This document shows, piece by piece, positions 10,656 through 19,719 of a stretch of DNA of 42,566 bases. Every line of letters starts with the position of its first letter. The first letter of the stretch is position 1. This DNA is from Prevotella sp. (GTDB lineage: Bacteria; Bacteroidota; Bacteroidia; Bacteroidales; Bacteroidaceae). The stretch spans positions 1-42,566 of the forward strand of contig JAFUVC010000010.1 in the NCBI GenBank assembly GCA_017483785.1, read 5' to 3'. Both the position numbers and the translations under genes were made by a program. The notes under the pieces were generated by a model. That model had not been told where the DNA came from. It searched no databases and saw nothing but the letters and a program-made list of their open reading frames with translations.

Positions 10656-11564
10656 ATGCAAAACCGTAGTTTGATTTCCATCTCTGACTTGACAAAGGAA
10701 GAGACACTGTCGCTCCTGCGACGGGCAAAAGAGTTTGAGCAGAACCCCAACCAACGCATTCTCGAAGGCAAGGTTGTGGGGTCGCTGTTTTTTGAACCCT
10801 CCACACGTACCCGCCTCAGTTTTGAGACAGCGGTGAACCGCCTCGGCGGTCGCGTCATCGGCTTCAGCGATGCCAGCACCAGCAGCCAGTCGAAAGGCGA
10901 GACTCTGAAAGACACGATTGTCATGGTCGCCAACTATGCCGACCTCATCGTGATGCGCCATCCCTTGGAAGGAGCCGCACGCTACGCGAGCGAAATCTCG
11001 AAGGTGCCCATCATCAACGCCGGCGACGGCTCGAACCAGCACCCCACGCAGACCATGCTCGACCTCTACACCATCTACCAGACGCAGGGCACACTCGAAA
11101 ACCTGACCATCACGATGGTGGGCGACCTGAAATACGGCCGCACGGTACACTCTCTGCTGGAAGCCATGCACCACTTCAATCCGCGCTTCAAGTTCGTGGC
11201 CTGCAACGAGTTGCGTATGCCCGAGCAGTACAAGGAGTATTGCAGGCAGTGGGGAATCGAATACGAAGAAACCGTAGATTTCAGCGAGGAAATCATCAAC
11301 CAGACCGACATTCTCTACATGACACGCGTACAGCGCGAGCGCTTCAGCGACCTGATGGAATACGAGCGCGTGAAGAACGTCTATACGCTCACGGCCAGCA
11401 TGCTCTCGGGCTGCAAGCCCAACATGCGCGTGCTGCACCCGCTGCCCCGCGTCACCGAAATCGCACAGGACGTTGACGACACGCCGCAGGCCTACTACTT
11501 CGAGCAGGCCCGCAACGGCCTCTACACCCGTCAGGCACTCATCTGCCGCGCACTGGGAATCTAA
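10656..11564 (+). CDS. pyrB: Aspartate carbamoyltransferase catalytic subunit
   Basis: [40 protein letters not shown]. Confidence 0.97.
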   Translation: MQNRSLISISDLTKEETLSLLRRAKEFEQNPNQRILEGKVVGSLFFEPSTRTRLSFETAVNRLGGRVIGFSDASTSSQSKGETLKDTIVMVANYADLIVMRHPLEGAARYASEISKVPIINAGDGSNQHPTQTMLDLYTIYQTQGTLENLTITMVGDLKYGRTVHSLLEAMHHFNPRFKFVACNELRMPEQYKEYCRQWGIEYEETVDFSEEIINQTDILYMTRVQRERFSDLMEYERVKNVYTLTASMLSGCKPNMRVLHPLPRVTEIAQDVDDTPQAYYFEQARNGLYTRQALICRALGI

Positions 11565-11567
11565 GAA

Positions 11568-11606
11568 AGCCTCTCCCCCGACCCCTCCCCGAACAGGGAG
11601 GGGAGC
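11568..11606 (+). repeat. REP-like GC-rich palindromic element
   Basis: Stem cccctccc/gggagggg with a 6-nt loop. By hand alignment, 29/39 nt identical to the copy inside dapB (reverse strand of 30169-30207). Confidence 0.65.
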
Positions 11607-11654
11607 AAGGCAATGGAGAAATGGTACAAATATAAAACGAATAAAAAGAACAAT

Positions 11655-12116
11655 ATGAACAACAATAAGAAAGAAATGGCCGTTGCTGCACTGCAAAACG
11701 GCATTGTTATCGACCATATCCCATGCAGTTCGCTCTTCAAGGTGGTCAATCTGCTCGGACTCGACACCCTCGAGAGCAACGTCACCATCGGCAACAACTT
11801 CGACAGCGGAAGCATGGGCAAGAAAGGCTTCATCAAGATTGCCGACATCGAACTGCCCGAGGAAACCCTCAACCGCATCGCCGTCATCGCCCCGAATGCC
11901 GTCATCAACATCATTCGCGACTATGAGGTGGTGAACAAGCACTTCGTGACGCTGCCCGACGACCTGATCAACATCGTGCACTGCAACAACCCCAAGTGCA
12001 TCAGCAACAACGAGCCCATGCGCACGCATTTCCACGTCATCGACCGCGAAAAAACCACGCTGAAGTGCCACTACTGCGAGCGCACCGTTGCCCACGACCA
12101 AATTACCCTGAAATAA
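11655..12116 (+). CDS. pyrI: Aspartate carbamoyltransferase regulatory chain
   Basis: NGIVIDHI, MGKKGFIKI, Zn site CNNPKC...CHYC. Start taken at 11655 (MNNNKKEM) rather than 11613. Confidence 0.95.
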   Translation: MNNNKKEMAVAALQNGIVIDHIPCSSLFKVVNLLGLDTLESNVTIGNNFDSGSMGKKGFIKIADIELPEETLNRIAVIAPNAVINIIRDYEVVNKHFVTLPDDLINIVHCNNPKCISNNEPMRTHFHVIDREKTTLKCHYCERTVAHDQITLK

Positions 12117-12172
12117 AATAACTTTAACCTATTTCACTATTATTATTAACCTAAACATTTATTAAAAAAACT

Positions 12173-13165
12173 ATGCCAAAAAGTTTGTCTGGAAGAAGTT
12201 TCCTGAAATTGTTGGACTTCTCCACGGAAGAGATTCAGTATCTCTTGGAACTCTCGAAAGATTTCAAAAACCTGAAGCGTACAAACACGCCTCACAAGTA
12301 TTTGCAGGGCAAGAACATTGTGCTGCTGTTCGAAAAGACCTCCACGCGCACGCGCTGCTCGTTTGAAGTGGCCGGAAACGACCTCGGAATGGGCGTGACC
12401 TACCTCGACCCGGGTTCGTCGCAGATGGGCAAGAAAGAGTCTTTGGAAGACACCGCAAAGGTGCTCGGTCGCATGTACGACGGCATCGAATATCGCGGTT
12501 TCGACCAGCAAATCGTCGAAGACCTCGCCAAGCACGCTGGCGTGCCCGTATGGAACGGTCTGACCACCGACTTCCACCCCACGCAGATGCTGGCCGACGT
12601 GCTGACCATTCAGGAGAATTTCGGCTACTACAAAGGCCTGACGCTCGTGTTCATGGGCGACGCCCGCAACAACGTGGCCAACTCGCTGATGGTGGTTTCT
12701 GCCAAACTCGGCATCAACTTCGTGGCTTGCGGCCCGAAGGCCAACATGCCCGAAAAGAGCCTTGTTGACACCTGCAAGAAGATTGCGAAGGAAAACGGCT
12801 GCACCATCACCCTGACCGACGACGTGAAGAAGGGCACGAAGAATGCCGACGTGATTTACACCGACATCTGGGTGTCGATGGGCGAGCCCGACGACATCTG
12901 GGAAAAGCGCATCAAGCTGTTGAAGCCCTATCAGGTGAACGACGCCGTGATGAAGAATGCCAACCCGAATGCCATCTTCCTGCACTGTCTGCCGTCGTTC
13001 CACGACCTCGAGACAACCATCGGCAAGGACATCTACAAGAAGTTCGGCCTGAAGGAAATGGAAGTTACAGACAAAGTGTTCCGCAGCAAGCAGTCGAAGG
13101 TGTTCGACGAGGCTGAAAACCGCATGCACACCATCAAGGCTGTCATGTATGCTACTTTGAAATAA
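12173..13165 (+). CDS. argF: Ornithine carbamoyltransferase (canonical ArgF/ArcB type)
   Basis: [40 protein letters not shown]. Confidence 0.95.
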   Translation: MPKSLSGRSFLKLLDFSTEEIQYLLELSKDFKNLKRTNTPHKYLQGKNIVLLFEKTSTRTRCSFEVAGNDLGMGVTYLDPGSSQMGKKESLEDTAKVLGRMYDGIEYRGFDQQIVEDLAKHAGVPVWNGLTTDFHPTQMLADVLTIQENFGYYKGLTLVFMGDARNNVANSLMVVSAKLGINFVACGPKANMPEKSLVDTCKKIAKENGCTITLTDDVKKGTKNADVIYTDIWVSMGEPDDIWEKRIKLLKPYQVNDAVMKNANPNAIFLHCLPSFHDLETTIGKDIYKKFGLKEMEVTDKVFRSKQSKVFDEAENRMHTIKAVMYATLK

Positions 13166-13171
13166 AAGATT

Positions 13172-14113
13172 ATGAGCAAACGTCTTGTTATCGCTCTTGG
13201 CGGAAATGCACTCGGCAATAATCCGAAAGAGCAGTTGGAACTCGTGAAGCATACCGCTTCAACGATTGTTGACCTCGTGGAAGAAGGCTACGACGTAGTG
13301 ATCGGCCACGGAAACGGCCCGCAGGTGGGCATGGTGAATCTCGCGTTTGAATACGCCCACAACAACGACGGAAAGACCCCCGCAATGCCTTTCCCCGAGT
13401 GTGGCGCCATGACGCAGGGCTACATCGGCTATCACCTTCAGCAGGCCGTGCAGCGCGAACTCGCCGTAAGGGGCATCAACAAACCTTGCGCCGCCGTTGT
13501 CACGCAGGTTGTCGTCGATAAAAACGACAGTGCCTTCCAGCATCCGACCAAACCCGTCGGCATGTTCTATTCCAAAGAAGATGCCGAGCGCATCGCCAAA
13601 GAAACGGGCTACACGTTCGTTGAGGATGCCGGACGCGGCTATCGCCGCGTGGTTCCCTCGCCAATTCCCTCGAAAATCGTGGAATTGCCCGTCGTTGAGC
13701 AGTTGGTGGAGATGCACAGCGTCATCATTACCGTTGGCGGCGGTGGCATTCCCGTGATTGAGAAGGGCGCAGGTGACTACGAGGGCGTGGCTGCCGTTAT
13801 CGACAAAGACCGCGCCAGTGCGAAACTCGCGCTCGACTTGAAAGCCGACATGCTCGTCATTCTGACGGCGGTGGAGAAGGTTGCCATCAACTTCAACAAG
13901 CCCGACCAGAAAAACCTCGACTGCATGACCATCGCAGAGGCTCGTCAGTACATCGCCGAGGGTCACTTCGCACCCGGCTCAATGCTGCCGAAGGTTGAAT
14001 CGTGCATCAGCTTCGTGGAGAACACCGAGGGCGGTCGCGCACTCATCACGTCGCTCGAAAAGGCGAAGGAAGCCTTGCAAGGCAAGACCGGAACGATGCT
14101 TGTGAAGGCATAA
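13172..14113 (+). CDS. arcC: Carbamate kinase
   Basis: ALGGNAL, HGNGPQVG, PTKPVG, GYRRVVPSP, AVIDKD, GSMLPK. Confidence 0.96.
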   Translation: MSKRLVIALGGNALGNNPKEQLELVKHTASTIVDLVEEGYDVVIGHGNGPQVGMVNLAFEYAHNNDGKTPAMPFPECGAMTQGYIGYHLQQAVQRELAVRGINKPCAAVVTQVVVDKNDSAFQHPTKPVGMFYSKEDAERIAKETGYTFVEDAGRGYRRVVPSPIPSKIVELPVVEQLVEMHSVIITVGGGGIPVIEKGAGDYEGVAAVIDKDRASAKLALDLKADMLVILTAVEKVAINFNKPDQKNLDCMTIAEARQYIAEGHFAPGSMLPKVESCISFVENTEGGRALITSLEKAKEALQGKTGTMLVKA

Positions 14114-14129
14114 AAACCGGTGAATACAC

Positions 14130-14170
14130 AAAAAATCGGCTCCCGTTGTCCTACGGAAGCCGATTTTTTT
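14130..14170. terminator. Bidirectional intrinsic terminator between arcC and rocD
   Basis: aaaaaatcggct.ccgt / acgg.agccgatttttt inverted repeat between convergent genes. Confidence 0.85.
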
Positions 14171-14179
14171 CATTGACGC

Positions 14180-15418
14180 TTACGCCATTTCCTCAAAAGT
14201 CTTCTTGATAATGGCCACGGCCTTCTTGATTTCAGCCTCGTTGATGCAGAGCGGCGGCGCGAAACGGATAATATCGTCGTGCGTCGGCTTGGCCAGCAGG
14301 CCGTTGTCGCGCATCTTCAGGCAGATGTCCCAAGCCGTCTTCTTGCCGATGGGCTTCGTCACGATGGCATTGAGCAAGCCGCGACCGCGCACCTCGACGA
14401 TGAACGGCGACTTGATTTTCTTGATTTCGGCGCGGAAAAGCTTACCCATTTTCTCGGCATTCTGCACGAGTTTCTCTTCTTTCACCACTTTCAGCGCTTC
14501 CACAGCCACGCGAGCAGCCAAGGGGAATCCGCCGAAGGTCGAGCCGTGTTCGCCGGGCTTGATGTTGAGCATCACCTCGTCGTCGGCCAAGCAAGCCGAA
14601 ACGGGCAGCACGCCACCACCGAGTGCTTTTCCTAACACCACGATGTCGGGACGGATGCCGTCGTGCATCGAGCAGAGCATTTTTCCCGTGCGGGCGATAC
14701 CTGTCTGCACCTCGTCGGCGATGAACAGCACGTTGTGCTTCTTGCAGAGGTCGTAGCACTTCTTCAGATAGCCTTCGTCAGGCACGAACACGCCAGCCTC
14801 GCCCTGAATCGGCTCAGCGATGAAGGCGCAAACCTCTTTTCCGTGTTCCTTGAGCGCTTTTTCAAGGGCTTTCGGGTCGTTGTAGGGGATGCGGATGAAG
14901 CCCGGTGTGAGCGGTCCGTAGTTGGCGAACGAGCTCGGGTCGTCGCTCATCGTGATGACCGTCACCGTGCGACCGTGGAAGTTACCGCCACAGCAGATAA
15001 TCTTGATTTTCTCGTTGGGAATGCGCTTTTTCACAGCACCCCAACGGCGAGCCAGTTTCAAGGCCGTTTCCACGCCCTCGGCACCAGTGTTCATCGGCAG
15101 AACGCGGTCGTAGCCGAAGAAGTCGTGCATGAACTTCTCATACTCGCAGAGCGCGTCGCTGTAGAACGCACGCGAGGTCAGACACAGCACGTTGGCCTGG
15201 TCTTTCAGCGCCTTGACGATGCGCGGATGGCAATGGCCTTGGTTCACAGCCGAGTACGACGAGAGGAAATCGAAATACTTCTTTCCCTCGACATCCCAGA
15301 CATAGATGCCCTTGCCTTTGTGGAGAACTACTGGAAGCGGATGGTAGTTGTGCGCACCATACTTTTCTTCCATGGCCATCAGCCGTTTCGAGGCCGTTGC
15401 AGTTTGTTTTGTTGCCAT
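14180..15418 (-). CDS. rocD: Ornithine--oxo-acid aminotransferase
   Basis: [63 protein letters not shown]. Confidence 0.95.
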   Translation of the reverse strand: MATKQTATASKRLMAMEEKYGAHNYHPLPVVLHKGKGIYVWDVEGKKYFDFLSSYSAVNQGHCHPRIVKALKDQANVLCLTSRAFYSDALCEYEKFMHDFFGYDRVLPMNTGAEGVETALKLARRWGAVKKRIPNEKIKIICCGGNFHGRTVTVITMSDDPSSFANYGPLTPGFIRIPYNDPKALEKALKEHGKEVCAFIAEPIQGEAGVFVPDEGYLKKCYDLCKKHNVLFIADEVQTGIARTGKMLCSMHDGIRPDIVVLGKALGGGVLPVSACLADDEVMLNIKPGEHGSTFGGFPLAARVAVEALKVVKEEKLVQNAEKMGKLFRAEIKKIKSPFIVEVRGRGLLNAIVTKPIGKKTAWDICLKMRDNGLLAKPTHDDIIRFAPPLCINEAEIKKAVAIIKKTFEEMA

Positions 15419-15480
15419 TGTTGTAGGTTTAAATTAAGTTTAGGTTAGTAATAAAACGGTTTAAATGAATAAATTTGCGA

Positions 15481-15488
15481 CAAAGATA
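15481..15488 (-). promoter_or_regulatory. -7 promoter box (TATCTTTG) for rocD
   Basis: TAnnTTTG on the minus strand upstream of the ATG at 15418. Confidence 0.6.
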
Positions 15489-15587
15489 CAAATATTTTAC
15501 GAAAACCAAACAATATTTTTACCAATAAAATTGTTAATAATTCTTAAAAGGGGGGGGGTAAAACATTGAAAAACATGACTTTTTTCG

Positions 15588-15595
15588 TACCTTTG
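15588..15595 (+). promoter_or_regulatory. -7 promoter box (TACCTTTG) for the peptide/fimbrillin genes
   Basis: TAnnTTTG consensus. A G9 tract lies at 15550-15558 just upstream. Confidence 0.6.
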
Positions 15596-15683
15596 CATCA
15601 CTTTTTTCGCCCTTACGCGCATACGCGTGTCGAAACACGAAAAAAATAAATCAAAAAAATCAACAAATAATAATGAAATAGAC

Positions 15684-15893
15684 ATGGAGAAGATGAGAAA
15701 AAGTTATACAAAACCCATAACGGAACTGACACAAATGGAGAAGGCTCCGTTTGTGATGGTGTCTGTTGGAGGAACAAACGATGATGCTGGAAATGGTGGC
15801 ATTATCGGAGGTGAATCCAAGATTTCATTCTCTTGGACTTTCCAAGAGCGCGAAGGCATTGAATCCAATTATTTGGACAATTCGTGGGACTAA
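15684..15893 (+). CDS. Small (66-69 aa) peptide with N-terminal K-x-Y-x-x-P motif and Gly-rich core; function unknown
   Basis: MEKMRKSYTKPITELTQMEKAPFVMVS-VGGTNDDAGNGGIIGG...SWD, preceded by an A-rich leader. ATG at 15684 or 15693 preferred over the GTG at 15627. Confidence 0.7.
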   Translation: MEKMRKSYTKPITELTQMEKAPFVMVSVGGTNDDAGNGGIIGGESKISFSWTFQEREGIESNYLDNSWD

Positions 15894-15946
15894 TAATTCA
15901 TGCTACCCTGAAAAATAATCAGAAAAAACAACAAAAAAGCAAGAAT

Positions 15947-18166
15947 ATGAATAAAAAAAGTTTTTACAGCATTTTCTCAACACTTTTGCTGTTGGCAACC
16001 ATGCTTTTCGTGGCTTGTGCCGAAGACGTGACCGTAAGCAACGAGAATAAGGATACTGGAAAGGATCTCGAAGGTCTCACCTGTTTCGCTTCGGAGATAC
16101 CTGAAAGCACTCGCACCACTTTCAACAAAGATGGAAAATTCAAATGGAAAGAGGGCGATGTCATCTATGTGAAAGACGATGACGGCATATGGCAGAAGTC
16201 AGCGGGAATGAAAATCACCGACAGCGACAATATGTATGCAAATTTCTACATGCCCGGAAAGTATGAAAACGACGGCTACTCCGTCATTTACTCTAAAGAC
16301 GGTGCCACGCCCGATGAAATAGCCCCCGTGACCATTACTACCGAGCAGATTCAAAGCACCCCCAACAATTCCGACCACCTGCTGGACGTCGGAGACTGTG
16401 CGGCAGCAACGGGAGAAGGAAAAGCATATAAGAAAAACGGAAAATTTACCTTCAAGATTACCCACCAGTTTGCCTACATTATGTTTGAGCCGCGCATTGA
16501 CGAAACTGCCGGCTCTGGTAAAAACTACAAACTCAGCAAAATCTGGCTGACCGAAACAAACGGAAAAGACATCTGGGGAACAATCGCGCTGAATGAAGAT
16601 GGCATCCCTGTCAGTACAACATCCGGCGGCAAAAGTGTCATCACTATCATCTGTGGAGATGACGTGAAAAAAGTAGAGGCAGGAGAAAAAGAGTATAAAG
16701 ATGCTGAGAACTACGGATTTCCTTTCACAAATGACAATTATGACCCTTATGAGAATAAAAATGGATATGACGGAGACCACTTCTCAGACGGAACAACCCC
16801 CGTCGCCCGTGTCTATGCAGTCGTGAAGCCTGGAGAAGACTATAATTTCAAGGTTGAATATGAGGTCTCCACAGATATTGCGTATGAGCAGAGGGCTATC
16901 CATACTTTGAAAAAAGTATTTAAGAAAATCGACAGCGATCCCGAAGAAACAGTAACTGCAACAACGGCAAGTGAAATTTCAGCGTATGAATGCAGTTCTG
17001 AATGGACTTTAATGGCTGACCAGTCGTATTGGACCACTGTTCTAAGGCACTTCACTGACACGATTGAGAAAAATAATATTGGACCGCTGTCCCTCGCAAA
17101 GAATACATATTACCGCTTCCGCCACAAACTGAAAGTGAGTGAGCCAACGCCTGTCGTCACATTCGACTATCCCTTTGAAGCTTACTATATGTGGGGAGCC
17201 AAGAAATGGTTCTGGGATGGAGTGACAACCTATCCCGTATCTTACGACGGTTCACAAGCAGAAAACGCCCCCACAGAAGGCACTGACCGCTGGTACGACA
17301 CTCAATATCCTTCGGGAAATGCCGTTTCAGGAAACACTTCCGGCGGAACCATTATTACCAATTATCCCTCTCAAGTTAGTTGGGGAAATCGTGCCAGACA
17401 CCGCCAAGCATGGGGAAACAGTTTAGGCTGGGACCAGACTTTGACAGCCAATGAGATGTCATTCTATGTGGTCTATGGCGATCCTTACTACGACAACACA
17501 ACGCCGTGGACATTGGAATACTATCGGGGCTATAATAATTACTCCGGAAATGAAACTAACATTGTTTGCTACGGCGGCGTGTGGCTGAAGAAGAAGGCCA
17601 AGATTATTGAATCTCTACCCAGCGGAATTACTTGGCCAGCCCAAAACGACGGCAATCAAAATAAAGTGTTTTCTGCCCCATTCCCTGCAAAAGCCGCCAT
17701 TCAAGAGGTCTATTATGGATCGGTAAGTTACCTCGATCAACTTGCGGGAAAACAATTTAATCTGAGATTCTGCGCACCCGTTAAGAACTACAGAATGCCT
17801 TATACCAACCTTGCTCACTTTAAAGAAACGGGCAAGTGGAAAACGTTAGAGGAGGACGGAAAAAACAAAGATGACTATTTCTTTGTTCCCTGCCTCGGCC
17901 GCATCGAATACCAGCATCCAGGTGCAGTTGGGATTCCGACGCTAACGCTCGTCGGCACGCAAGGCTATTATTGGACATCGACACCGTTGATGTATAATAG
18001 TGGTGGAAGTCCGAACAAATTTTACTATGGTAATGACACTGGAAATGGTGCCGACAACGCCTACTATCTGCAAATTTTATATGATTACATCGCCCTGAGT
18101 TGGGAGCAGCCTTACGTCTATGTGAAGACAGGTATGCGCAAAGCCTCAACAGACATGTTCAAGTAA
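15947..18166 (+). CDS. Fimbrillin/type V pilin-like lipoprotein
   Basis: Lipobox LFVAC. The TRT...KWKEGDVIYV motif (processing Arg) and QIQSTPNNSDHL..GDC...FKITHQFAYI are typical of Prevotella fimbrillin-like proteins. C-terminus has GYYWTSTP...AYYL. Lower GC than the flanks. Confidence 0.65.
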   Translation: MNKKSFYSIFSTLLLLATMLFVACAEDVTVSNENKDTGKDLEGLTCFASEIPESTRTTFNKDGKFKWKEGDVIYVKDDDGIWQKSAGMKITDSDNMYANFYMPGKYENDGYSVIYSKDGATPDEIAPVTITTEQIQSTPNNSDHLLDVGDCAAATGEGKAYKKNGKFTFKITHQFAYIMFEPRIDETAGSGKNYKLSKIWLTETNGKDIWGTIALNEDGIPVSTTSGGKSVITIICGDDVKKVEAGEKEYKDAENYGFPFTNDNYDPYENKNGYDGDHFSDGTTPVARVYAVVKPGEDYNFKVEYEVSTDIAYEQRAIHTLKKVFKKIDSDPEETVTATTASEISAYECSSEWTLMADQSYWTTVLRHFTDTIEKNNIGPLSLAKNTYYRFRHKLKVSEPTPVVTFDYPFEAYYMWGAKKWFWDGVTTYPVSYDGSQAENAPTEGTDRWYDTQYPSGNAVSGNTSGGTIITNYPSQVSWGNRARHRQAWGNSLGWDQTLTANEMSFYVVYGDPYYDNTTPWTLEYYRGYNNYSGNETNIVCYGGVWLKKKAKIIESLPSGITWPAQNDGNQNKVFSAPFPAKAAIQEVYYGSVSYLDQLAGKQFNLRFCAPVKNYRMPYTNLAHFKETGKWKTLEEDGKNKDDYFFVPCLGRIEYQHPGAVGIPTLTLVGTQGYYWTSTPLMYNSGGSPNKFYYGNDTGNGADNAYYLQILYDYIALSWEQPYVYVKTGMRKASTDMFK

Positions 18167-18209
18167 TCAAGGTCAAGCCCCGTCCTCGGTTTTCCAGCCG
18201 TCGGGCATG

Positions 18210-18252
18210 AAACACTCAGGGCCTGCGAGAATGTCGCAGGCCCTGAGTGTTT
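18210..18252. terminator. Perfect 19-bp hairpin between convergent genes
   Basis: aaacactcagggcctgcga-gaatg-tcgcaggccctgagtgttt. Confidence 0.8.
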
Positions 18253-18282
18253 GTTATGATATCGTCGTTATGGATATTGATT

Positions 18283-19599
18283 CTACATATCCTTAAGAGA
18301 CAGGGAACCCAGATGAATCTTCATTTTCCTTAACTCTGACGTTTGCTCAAGAACCTTGTCCACTTTTGCTTGAAGAAGGGCTTCCCGATACCTGTAATCT
18401 TGTTTCTTCAATTCGTATATCCATGCTTCTTTGCCGATGGGATCGACTACTATCAGGTCGATTTCGCTCTCTCCTTTCCTATCCCACCATTTGCCTACGA
18501 TGTAACGTCCCTTTTCCTCGAATTTCTGCATAAAGTACCGCTCCATCATCTGGCCTGACACGCTGTCATAGTCGCGCCGGACGATGTCGGCAAGTGCTTT
18601 CAGTGCCCTGTTCTCCACCAATGCCTGATATTTATAGAAAAACCTGAACCAGAAAATCAGGAAACTGTCGCTCAGTACATACCTGACTTTTTTGCTGTTT
18701 TGGGGAGCAAATATGGGTAGCGATTTCTTGATAATCTTATAGTAGTTTTCCAACTTCACAAGGTAGCTGCCAATGTTGTTGTAGCCAAGTTCGTTCTCAA
18801 TTTCCTGCCGCGTTTTCATACCATTGGCAATGCAGGTCAAAATAGAGAAATAAGTCACATAATCGGTTCCGAACTCCTCAATCAGTATGTTTTTTCCTTC
18901 GTTGATGAAAGGAGAATTTTCCTCGGTCAATGCCGCCAGCATATCTTCTTTTCGGGTTTTTCCCTTGTCAAGCAAAAGCGATACATACCATGGCACACCG
19001 CCCGTGATGCCGTATAAAGCCAGCAAATCTTCGGGAGTATAGTCGGGATTGAAATCGTTGAGAATCTGTTTTAATACGTCGGTTGTGAAGGGTTGCAGCG
19101 TCATCATTTCGTTGGCTCGCCCGAAAAGTGGTTCTTCATAATCCTCAAAAATTCTTTTCATCAGCGTGAAAACTGAGCCGCTGATGATGAGATTGAGCCG
19201 ACTTTTACCCTTGTGAAGGTCCCAGTCGCGCTGAATATCGCTGAAAACAGCCGGATTCACTTTCAGGAAATTCTGAAACTCGTCGATAATGAGCGTGAAC
19301 GGACGGCTTTCCGACAACTGAAGCAGGAAGCTGAACACATCTGAGAAAGATTTTGGCGGCCCCATTATCGGTACCTCCAACTTCCTCTGAATTTCGCTGA
19401 CAAAGTCCTGACACAACAAAGCCTCGGTCTTCTTGCCGACAAAGAAATAAAGCACGGTCGTGTCGCCACATCGCAATGAAAGTTCTGTCTTCCCGATGCG
19501 TCGGCGTCCCATGAGCACGGTCATCTTTGCTTCTTTTCTGCTCTGTTGAAGCACTTCGTTGAACTTCAAAAGTTCTTTTTCCCTATTGTAGAATTTCAT
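18283..19599 (-). CDS. AAA family ATP-binding protein (archaeal-ATPase/DUF234 type) with C-terminal PD-(D/E)xK-like domain
   Basis: FYNREKEL, Walker A GRRRIGKT, Walker B IIDEFQ, TGGVPWY, FWFRF, WWDRKGESEIDLI...IYELK. Lower GC. Confidence 0.85.
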   Translation of the reverse strand: MKFYNREKELLKFNEVLQQSRKEAKMTVLMGRRRIGKTELSLRCGDTTVLYFFVGKKTEALLCQDFVSEIQRKLEVPIMGPPKSFSDVFSFLLQLSESRPFTLIIDEFQNFLKVNPAVFSDIQRDWDLHKGKSRLNLIISGSVFTLMKRIFEDYEEPLFGRANEMMTLQPFTTDVLKQILNDFNPDYTPEDLLALYGITGGVPWYVSLLLDKGKTRKEDMLAALTEENSPFINEGKNILIEEFGTDYVTYFSILTCIANGMKTRQEIENELGYNNIGSYLVKLENYYKIIKKSLPIFAPQNSKKVRYVLSDSFLIFWFRFFYKYQALVENRALKALADIVRRDYDSVSGQMMERYFMQKFEEKGRYIVGKWWDRKGESEIDLIVVDPIGKEAWIYELKKQDYRYREALLQAKVDKVLEQTSELRKMKIHLGSLSLKDM

Positions 19600-19719
19600 A
19601 AGTCAAATAATAGTATTTGTCATTACGGTAATGCTCGTTACTTTTGCAAAAGTACTATTATTTATTGAATTCTGCAAATTTTTTCTCGTTTTTTACCCGA
19701 AAAAACGATTTCGCGAGGG

